From NCBI GenBank assembly GCA_049423385.1, contig JBMSQQ010000098.1:1-12704 (forward strand): a stretch of 12,704 nucleotides of DNA, read 5' to 3'. Position numbers and translations under genes: made by a program. The notes below the pieces were generated by a model. That model saw only the letters and a program-made list of their open reading frames with translations, was not told the origin of the DNA and did no database searches. Source of the DNA: Silvanigrellaceae bacterium (lineage in GTDB: Bacteria; Bdellovibrionota_B; Oligoflexia; Silvanigrellales; Silvanigrellaceae). This document shows positions 1 to 6,706 of the stretch, piece after piece (positions within the stretch are counted from its first letter, which is position 1; each line of letters starts with the position of its first letter).

Positions 1-11
1 CGGGTTGTTGT

Positions 12-161
12 CTAAACGGGCTCTGTAAAGACCACCTGCGGAGATTCGGAGGCCAGCAAATGTTCCGCAGCTGCCGACGGCAGGGTCAGTGGAGCCATGC
101 TGACGCCCAAGACAAAAATCAGGAGAACCAGCAGACGGACTGCGTTGTTCAATGGCCTCAC
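12..161 (-). CDS. Small (49 aa) hydrophobic, signal-peptide-like protein; third gene of the leftward operon
   Basis: Manual translation: GTG (159-161) overlaps the TGA (158-160) of the 613-aa gene as GTGA. A GAGAGG SD-like motif lies ~6 nt upstream. It reads MRPLNNAVRLLVLLIFVLGVSMAPLTLPSAAAEHLLASESPQVVFTEPV and ends at TAG (12-14). Below the ORF-track length cut-off. Confidence 0.5.
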   Translation of the reverse strand: MRPLNNAVRLLVLLIFVLGVSMAPLTLPSAAAEHLLASESPQVVFTEPV

Positions 162-1999
162 AATTGGCCTCTCAGATTGGTCTTGATGAATTCGCGGACA
201 ACGAATTCAAGTTCGGACAGCTGATCATCATAACGGACAAGTTCGGCATTGGTTTGTCCGGATTTCCGGATCTCGAAGGTTGCAGGATCGGGTCGCAGCG
301 ATGCTCTTTCAATCGACCTTTGAAACTCCGCCCTCAGGGATTGTTTCTCTGCTGCATCCGACCGTTCATCGATTTTGCTCAGGATTGTCGAAAGCAGATT
401 GTTTAATTTATATTGGCGCGAATCCACCATGCCGGCGAGTCCGAGACTGTTGGCTTTGCGGTTCCATTCGCGAACCGCGGGTTCAATCATCTGAGTGATC
501 TGACGCGTGAGGGCGGACTTTTCGCTGTCCGACAGATCGTTGTTCAGATCAATGGAGGGAATCAGCACAAGGTGCAGAGCCTTGATTCCGTCAAAGGCCA
601 TTCGGTTTCCGTTGTTCCACTGTGAGCGGAGTCTTGCCTCGATCAGTACCGAAGTGATTTTTTGGGACTGTTCAACGACGGATTCCCTGAATTTAAGCCC
701 GCTGCTGAAGGTGTCCACGCCTGCAATCATGCCGTTGAGTGACTTGATGATTTCACCAAGTCCAATGTGCATGCCGTCTGCCGCCGATTTGCTGATGAGC
801 AGCGAGTTGACCATGACCATTTTTCTGTAATGGTTGCATATGTCGCGCACCAGTGAACCGTTGAGCAGTCCCTCCTGCACGGGGGAGGGTCTGACCTTGC
901 CCAGCAGATTCTCAACTCCGGCCTTCCCTTCATCGTAAAGTGGAATGTTGCCGACCTCGGTGAGTTTTGCGAGGAGCTCGTCCGTCAGAGATTTGAGTTT
1001 ATCCTGAACAACCTTGGCCTCGTCGACAGCGGTCCTGAAATCGTAAACCAGGCATGCCTTCGGCCTGACCACTTCCAGGTTTTCCCGGTTTCTTTCAAGT
1101 TGGACAGCATCCGGAATGCGTTCCGCAAATTGTTTGTTGATTTCGGTTGAAACGGCCTGAACCGGCTCTGCTTCCTGTTTAAGTCGGATAAAAAGACGGA
1201 GAATCTTGTCGTCCGCTTTGCGCATGTCATCTGCAAGCGATTTGACACCTGGATTGTAGACAGACTTGAGCCATGAAGGAAGTTCAGCTTCGGCTTTCTT
1301 CATGCGTGCGTATTTTTTTTCAAGAGCTTCGCGCTCTGCAGTAACCGCTGCAAGTTGCTCCGCCTGAGCAATACGCTGAGGGTCAGCAAGGAGTTTTGCC
1401 TTTTCAGCCTCGATTTCGTCAATCAGTTCCTTGCGGTCGTATCCGTCATTGATATTCTTGCACTCGTAAGGAAATTCCATTCCAACTGCAATTGCGTCCT
1501 GACATGCTCCCTGACACGCCTGAGTGGCCTTGAGAATTTGCTTTCCGGCATAGGAAAGTACGTTCGGAATGCAGGACAAATCGTCACATGCAGGCTTCGA
1601 CGGCGTGCATTTCTTTGCGCAAAACTGATAGTTGTCGACCTTCTCGAGGTAATAGCCGAGCCTGAAATTCGTGGTTCTGACTTCTGCGGCTTGCTGCCTG
1701 CAACTGTCAGCCGTCTCTGCGCCAGGCCTGATGCATGATTTGTCGAGTTTGGCAGGTCCGCAGGTCGGAATTTTCGGATCACCGCCGGTGTACCAGTTAT
1801 ACCAGTTGAGCATCCAAGCATCATTGCCGCCGCTTCCCTTAAACTGGACGTTTACATCGGGTGCATAAATATCGTTGTTCAATGCCGAAGCAGCAACAGA
1901 ATTTTTGATTTTCGGCATTTGAATTTTGCTCTCGTTTCGTCCGCAAGACATTGTTGCGGCAGAGAGAACAATAAGAATTGAGAACATTGTGTTTTTCAT
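158..1999 (-). CDS. Hypothetical lipoprotein, 613 aa: Cys-rich N-terminal domain followed by a long alpha-helical/coiled-coil region
   Basis: Long ORF. The N-terminus MKNTMFSILIVLSAATMS-C is a type II signal with a lipobox-like Cys19. Ten Cys cluster between PTCGP and YECKN. An E/K/A/L-rich heptad-like region follows (ELIDEIEAEKAKLL...REALEKKYARMKKAEAEL). The ATG overlaps the upstream stop (TGATG, 1997-2001). Confidence 0.85.
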   Translation of the reverse strand: MKNTMFSILIVLSAATMSCGRNESKIQMPKIKNSVAASALNNDIYAPDVNVQFKGSGGNDAWMLNWYNWYTGGDPKIPTCGPAKLDKSCIRPGAETADSCRQQAAEVRTTNFRLGYYLEKVDNYQFCAKKCTPSKPACDDLSCIPNVLSYAGKQILKATQACQGACQDAIAVGMEFPYECKNINDGYDRKELIDEIEAEKAKLLADPQRIAQAEQLAAVTAEREALEKKYARMKKAEAELPSWLKSVYNPGVKSLADDMRKADDKILRLFIRLKQEAEPVQAVSTEINKQFAERIPDAVQLERNRENLEVVRPKACLVYDFRTAVDEAKVVQDKLKSLTDELLAKLTEVGNIPLYDEGKAGVENLLGKVRPSPVQEGLLNGSLVRDICNHYRKMVMVNSLLISKSAADGMHIGLGEIIKSLNGMIAGVDTFSSGLKFRESVVEQSQKITSVLIEARLRSQWNNGNRMAFDGIKALHLVLIPSIDLNNDLSDSEKSALTRQITQMIEPAVREWNRKANSLGLAGMVDSRQYKLNNLLSTILSKIDERSDAAEKQSLRAEFQRSIERASLRPDPATFEIRKSGQTNAELVRYDDQLSELEFVVREFIKTNLRGQL

Positions 2000-3198
2000 C
2001 AGGCAGACTCTTTCATTGTCGGGGAGTTCAAGATTTCGATGATTTGCCGGTGAAGCGAGTCGGACACGCCCATCCAGCGTTCAGCTTCGTTTTGAAGAAA
2101 ATTTCGGATGATTTCGAGATCCCTTTGTGCTCGTCTGAGCTGGTTTTCAAACGTCGATTTGATGCTTTCTGAGTTCAGTGAACAGACGGATTCAACAACG
2201 GCGCATTGACTCAGTTCTTCCGCCGTTTCTCTGAGTTCGACGATGTTGTCCTGAACTTCTGCAAGGACAATGCTGAGCTGTTTGATTTTCTCTTCTGAAG
2301 TTTCAGCTGCGATTTGCTTTTTCAGGTCAATTTCCCGCGCGGAAAGATTTCCGACGGTTGACTCCAAGACCATGAGTGTCGAGGTCATGATGTTTTTCAG
2401 AGATTGCCCAGCAGTCATCAGGGTGTCGACAATAAATTTGTAGGCGCTGATCTCGTCTGCAAATTGACCGATGCTCTGCCGCTGACCTTCGAGGTCGGGA
2501 ATGGTGCAAGTGTTTGGGCTCAAGCCAAAAGCTTCATTTTTGCATGTCGGATATATTCTCGACTCCTCTCCGTGCGACGGATGGCGGCAGGTTTCGTAGC
2601 CCACAGTGCATGCGCGATAGCTTTTGACTCCAAGATTGCATTCCCTGAGAACCTCCGTGCCGAAGTCCGGATGTCTGCAGGTCTTGGGCGCCTGTCCCCT
2701 GCATTTTTTTCGTTCCTGAACGGAGACGCCAAATCCGACGCGGTGAACGCGGAATTCGCTCTCGCCTGTCGAAAGCGAAACAGAAATCGGCCCCGAGAAT
2801 CCGTTCATAATTGTCGCGGCGGGACACGATTCATCCCATCCGCTCCAAAATTCTGTCGGCTCCGTGCCGCAGACATCGGATGTGCCGACTCTATAGAGCT
2901 CGGCTCCGCAGTCTGGACTGCGTCCGCGGAAATATTCCGCAACGGGGCATCGGCTGTCCTGTGCCTGAATGGCGCGACACGCAGCCGTTGAAGTTGCGTT
3001 CCACGTTATGGAAGGTTCGCCGCATTGCGGGCCGCTGCCGATGTTTGCCGTTGAGCCGCAAACCATGTCGGTTACTATTTTGGTCCTTAGAAATTTGAAT
3101 GCGTTGGGGTCGGGTTGGTTGTCCTGCGCAAGAGCGGGCAGGACTAGAAAAAGGAGCGGCAAGACTTTGATGGCAATTTTGAAAGTGTTCGGAAACAT
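1999..3198 (-). CDS. Secreted hypothetical protein (399 aa) with a 14-Cys repeat region and a C-terminal coiled-coil domain
   Basis: Start reassigned from 3273 to the ATG at 3198. This gives a clean Sec signal (MFPNTFKIAIKVLPLLFLVLPALA-Q) with GGAG upstream, and the 3273 ATG lies inside the sigma54 motif. Repeats: TCRHPDFGTE, TCRHPSHGEE, TCKNEAFG and RSPDCGAE, TSDVCGTE, GPQCGE. Confidence 0.85.
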   Translation of the reverse strand: MFPNTFKIAIKVLPLLFLVLPALAQDNQPDPNAFKFLRTKIVTDMVCGSTANIGSGPQCGEPSITWNATSTAACRAIQAQDSRCPVAEYFRGRSPDCGAELYRVGTSDVCGTEPTEFWSGWDESCPAATIMNGFSGPISVSLSTGESEFRVHRVGFGVSVQERKKCRGQAPKTCRHPDFGTEVLRECNLGVKSYRACTVGYETCRHPSHGEESRIYPTCKNEAFGLSPNTCTIPDLEGQRQSIGQFADEISAYKFIVDTLMTAGQSLKNIMTSTLMVLESTVGNLSAREIDLKKQIAAETSEEKIKQLSIVLAEVQDNIVELRETAEELSQCAVVESVCSLNSESIKSTFENQLRRAQRDLEIIRNFLQNEAERWMGVSDSLHRQIIEILNSPTMKESA

Positions 3199-3257
3199 GC
3201 TGCTGCGAAACTCCAACTGGTTTTCAGGTCGCCGTAGGCAAACTCGTGGCCGCTTTC

Positions 3258-3272
3258 GCAAGAGCCATGCCA
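3258..3272 (-). promoter_or_regulatory. Sigma54 (RpoN) -24/-12 promoter for the leftward operon
   Basis: Minus strand reads TGGCAT-GGCTC-TTGC. This matches TGGCAC-N5-TTGC with exact GG-N10-GC spacing, ~60 nt upstream of the ATG at 3198 and in the correct orientation. Confidence 0.75.
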
Positions 3273-4108
3273 TGTTGGTATGACAGCCGAACGTTTCGGG
3301 TTCTTCAGGAAACCCGGTGGCCTGCCTGATTGCAGGATCGCAGCATAAAGCAGCGCAATCTCTGAATGTCGGATTTCAGTCAGTGCTGGCCGGAAATCAG
3401 CCAGGGCAATAGACGGTAAATACCGCCGGTGGGCGGACTCAGCACCGAGACGTGCGGCGGTACCATGCTCGATCTTCAGGTGCTGTTTCGGCCTGTGGAA
3501 TGATTCACTGTAACGAAAAAATTTTAATACCTGGTCATTGAGATGGAGACGAGCATACGATTCAAGATATTCCCTCTTGAGGTCCTCCTAAGACAAGGAA
3601 TAAGTCCTTGGCAGCGTTCCCAATGGAGAGACTCGGACACGTCAAATCGGCTATCAAGTTCAGAATCGGTCGGCGGAAAATGATTGCGAAGGAAGGTACG
3701 CCCCGCGAGAAGATTCGCTCCTCTGGCTTTGTGTTTCATGTTCGAGAAGGTCTATTCTCAATGCGTCAGATGACAAGTTTTGCAATTCAAAGGCCTGCCA
3801 ACCGATTCTTTCATTGCGGCTGAGAACTGGCGAATTGACTTTTTAACGCACAACAAACGCAACATAAGCCAAAAAGCATGGATCTGATGTTGTACCTTTT
3901 TGATCAAAGCTTCAGGATTTTTCAACGTTGAAATTGAAAACACTTTTTGTTTTTTATTGCGACCGGCACTTGTCGTGTCGAACAAACACCCTTCGCGCGC
4001 AGCGATTGAAAAAGACGATTGCTTGCAACAGGTTCTAGCTGAAATTCCGGCATAAGCATCAGACAAGCCAACAGGCTCGCATCGGCCATGAAGTCGATTT
4101 AATCAATT

Positions 4109-5536
4109 TCACAAAATAAAATCAAAGAAAAACACCAACGGCAGAGCCAAGGCGAATTTCATTTTTTCATTGCCGTGCGAACCTTCCAGGAGTGTTTCCA
4201 AAGCACCTTTCTCAGAGTCAAACAGTTTTCGCGAGCGGGTGATGCGATCGTTGATATCGGCAAGCATCTCTTCTGCCAGGCCCGGATTGTCCCTGCAGAT
4301 CAGCATCAGCTCGGAATTGAAATTCGCAGAGCGGGGATCAACATTGTACGTGCCAATCACAATGTGCTTTCTATCCACAACCGCACGTTTGGCATGAACT
4401 CCCCAACGCGATGATGCTTCATTGATGGTCAAAAGACGTTCCTTCGGTCTGCTGCCGTCGTACACGCGCAAATCAATCTTTGCCTTCTCCATTCCCGACA
4501 AACTCAACGAAAGAGCAGAAATCGTGTACCAGGCATCGGTCGAGGACAAACTGTTGGTCAAAAAGCGCTGACTCACACCCCGATCAGTCAACTGCTTCAG
4601 CAAATCGATGCCGTCCTTGCGCAGGATAAAATAGGGCGATTCCCCCACGAGCTCCGAGCGAGCCTCGCCAAGAAATTCGGCAAGCCGCTTGAACACCTGT
4701 CGGTTGAAGGCAGACTTTCCAATGTAATCCGTGGCAAAGACAACATCGTTGCAGACGTGCTGTACGGGAGGCTTTTTTCGAGCACCGGCAATATTCTCAA
4801 TCTGGACAATCGTTTCAGCCAGCGCCGGTTCAAGGCTGAAAAAGCGATCATCTCCACTTTGCGCATCCACCGGAAGGCTCGATGAGCGCAATGCAAGATC
4901 GGATTCCCAATAATGCATAAAGCTCTCACGAATCGATTGAGCAACAGGTCCTTCAACCTTCACATCGCTGTCGAGAAAATTGTAGTGCGTTGAAAGGTTG
5001 AAATAGTCGTCTCCAATGTTCCGCCCGCCCGTCATTGCGGATTTACCATCTACGATCAGCAGTTTTCGATGACTCCGGTGTTGCGAACTGACGAACCTGA
5101 ACAGGCTTGCGGTGTTGTAATAGCGGACTTCAATTCCACGTTCCTCGAGACCCCGCGCGTAACCGGGACTCAACTTCAAGACTGCAGGCGAGAAGTCCAC
5201 GAGCAACTTGACCTTGACTCCACGCTTTGCTGCTTCGAAGAGCTTTGATGTCACAATTCGCGCCGACGAGTCGAGTTCATAGATAAAAAATTCAAGCTCA
5301 ATCGATTCTTTTGCGCTGTCGATCATTTCGATGCGCCTTTGCAGACTCGTCAGGCCATCGTTGATCAACTCAATCGTGTGAGGTTGAAGCGAGCGAACAA
5401 AAACAGGATCAGCGCGCATTTCGGGTGGTTTTTCGTGACGTTCTCCCCACCACAGGAACCCTGCCAACGCCCCATAAACAACAATGAACAAACCCAGCAG
5501 AACACCAGCAGTCCATTTGAGCATTTTTCGAAACAT
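4109..5536 (-). CDS. Phospholipase D family protein with two HKD motifs (cardiolipin synthase ClsC/YmdC-like), N-terminally membrane anchored
   Basis: Motifs HRKLLIVDGKSAMTGGRNIGDDY and HAKRAVVDRKHIVIGTYNVDPRSANFNSE; also RIEMIDSAKESIELEFFIY, SPYFI and LTNSLSSTD. N-terminal TM helix WTAGVLLGLFIVVYGALAGFLWW. The start is either ATG 5536 or TTG 5557. Confidence 0.93.
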   Translation of the reverse strand: MFRKMLKWTAGVLLGLFIVVYGALAGFLWWGERHEKPPEMRADPVFVRSLQPHTIELINDGLTSLQRRIEMIDSAKESIELEFFIYELDSSARIVTSKLFEAAKRGVKVKLLVDFSPAVLKLSPGYARGLEERGIEVRYYNTASLFRFVSSQHRSHRKLLIVDGKSAMTGGRNIGDDYFNLSTHYNFLDSDVKVEGPVAQSIRESFMHYWESDLALRSSSLPVDAQSGDDRFFSLEPALAETIVQIENIAGARKKPPVQHVCNDVVFATDYIGKSAFNRQVFKRLAEFLGEARSELVGESPYFILRKDGIDLLKQLTDRGVSQRFLTNSLSSTDAWYTISALSLSLSGMEKAKIDLRVYDGSRPKERLLTINEASSRWGVHAKRAVVDRKHIVIGTYNVDPRSANFNSELMLICRDNPGLAEEMLADINDRITRSRKLFDSEKGALETLLEGSHGNEKMKFALALPLVFFFDFIL

Positions 5537-5546
5537 CCCCCCCCCC
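5537..5546 (-). repeat. Homopolymer G10 tract (C10 on the + strand) directly 5' of the PLD ATG
   Basis: + strand aaacatCCCCCCCCCCttccg; 10 C counted at 5537-5546. Confidence 0.9.
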
Positions 5547-5653
5547 TTCCGAAGCAAACCACTCCGTCCTTGCGATGTTGTGGAGTTCAGAATTGGAAGC
5601 TTACCACGGTCATGGATTCCGCGTATTCAGGAGAAAAGTCAAAAACCATCTCG

Positions 5654-6430
5654 CTACAGAGTCATGCACACATTCAAGTCCGAAAACGCAGTCACGAGGG
5701 GTTGGGAATTCCAATTGCAAGAATAGCTGCACCCACCTCCAGCGCTGTTCAACTTGATTTTTGCAATGTATTCGGAGCAGGCTGCGGAACATCCTTCCCT
5801 CGGAATGGTTGCCGAATTAAAGTTGTTTCCACCAATAAACTTTCCCTCGAAGACGCCAAACTGGGTTTTGACTTCGCAAACGCCAATGGTCGCTGTCGTT
5901 CCTGTGGAGGGATTGGCGGAAGCATTGCCGGCGGGGATGCCTTCAGTGCGTGCAATATTCCCTGAACACACACCCGAGGCTGCACTCGGAGTCAGCAGTG
6001 AAGTCGAGCCAAAATCGCAGCGATAATTGCAGCTCGTAAAACCTTCAGTTCGGATCGCGAGGTTGTTGCATTGCGACACGCATCCGTCGGACGTTTCCAA
6101 CTTGACTGCGGAGGCCTCCGCACGATTAGCAAGCTCTGGATAATTTTCATAGCCAGGCCTGACTTGAATGCCCGAGATGCTCACGGAGCACATCTGTTTT
6201 TGTATAACGGCTTTGGTATCCGTTTGCCCCGTTCCACCCGCAGCGCTTCCTCCGGTGGTGTTCCCCGAGCCGACAGTGGAAACCACGGGACTCGAACCCG
6301 TTTGGCCTTTTGGAGAAACACCACCATTCCGGGTGATTCCTTTGGAAGCATCGCCCAAAGACACCGGCAACGCACAACCGCTCCCGATGCCGAGAAAGAC
6401 GATAGCATAAACGTTTCGAACAAACTTCAT
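5654..6430 (-). CDS. Hypothetical lipoprotein (258 aa) with G/S/T-rich linkers and two tandem six-cysteine modules
   Basis: Signal MKFVRNVYAIVFLGIGSG-C (lipobox-like); GAGGA SD upstream. Modules C-x35-C-x3-C-x12-C-x3-C-x16-C and C-x28-C-x3-C-x15-C-x3-C-x16-C. Confidence 0.85.
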   Translation of the reverse strand: MKFVRNVYAIVFLGIGSGCALPVSLGDASKGITRNGGVSPKGQTGSSPVVSTVGSGNTTGGSAAGGTGQTDTKAVIQKQMCSVSISGIQVRPGYENYPELANRAEASAVKLETSDGCVSQCNNLAIRTEGFTSCNYRCDFGSTSLLTPSAASGVCSGNIARTEGIPAGNASANPSTGTTATIGVCEVKTQFGVFEGKFIGGNNFNSATIPREGCSAACSEYIAKIKLNSAGGGCSYSCNWNSQPLVTAFSDLNVCMTL

Positions 6431-6491
6431 GTTTCATTTCCTCGGGACGAAAACAAGTCTCGGACATTCGAGAAATCGCACAGGCCGAGTT

Positions 6492-6518
6492 TTATCGGCA
6501 AGTCATTAAATTCATTTC
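6492..6518 (-). promoter_or_regulatory. Sigma28 (FliA)-type promoter for 5654..6430
   Basis: Minus strand GAAA-N15-GCCGATAA: perfect -10 element, one mismatch in the -35 TAAA, canonical 15-nt spacer, ~60 nt upstream of the ATG. Confidence 0.65.
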
Positions 6519-6632
6519 AGCGAGGCAGAATATTTGATTTTATATCAATACCTTTGCCACTGGGGTTTTCGGCCCACATGGCGAGACCACAACGCCAATG
6601 CGGCGTTTTTGGCATTAAACGCAACAAACTCC

Positions 6633-6659
6633 TAAAGTTGATGGCTACATCGCCGAAAA
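6633..6659 (+). promoter_or_regulatory. Sigma28 (FliA)-type promoter for 6707..7471
   Basis: TAAA(GTT)-N15-GCCGAAAA: perfect -35 including the extended GTT, one mismatch in the -10, ~47 nt upstream of the ATG at 6707. Confidence 0.72.
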
Positions 6660-6706
6660 CCCTCAAGATGAATCTCTTATTTTCTTCCAACGTAACTGGA
6701 GAAACA

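Noticed and set aside
2404..2991. 195-aa plus-strand ORF, and similar antisense ORFs at 5339..5965, 11138..11695, 11869..12426 and 12122..12604
   Set aside because: Shadow ORFs opposite well-supported genes, with no independent motifs.
3199..3273. N-terminal extension MAWLLRKRPRVC... of the 424-aa ORF
   Set aside because: Its ATG lies within the sigma54 -24 element, and the signal peptide starts at Met 3198.
3230..3300. Possible c-di-GMP-I (GEMM) riboswitch suggested by GGCAAAC at ~3237
   Set aside because: The GNRA-capped P2 stem and the following GACGCAAAGC-type segment are absent, and it faces away from the adjacent operon.
3524..4066. Short ORFs in the long intergenic region (3524..3739 -, 3608..3823 +, 3758..4066 -)
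   Set aside because: They overlap one another, have no recognisable motifs and show atypical composition. 3608..3823 has an AAGGA upstream of a TTG and cannot be fully excluded, but the support is insufficient.
4079..4102. Sigma28-like TAAA...GCCGATGC on the minus strand
   Set aside because: The spacer is 11 nt rather than 15, and there is no credible downstream gene.
6071..6706. N-terminal 212 codons of the 466-aa ORF 6071..7471
   Set aside because: Overlaps the 5654..6430 lipoprotein gene antisense and spans the divergent promoter region. The SD, signal peptide and sigma28 motif all point to ATG 6707.
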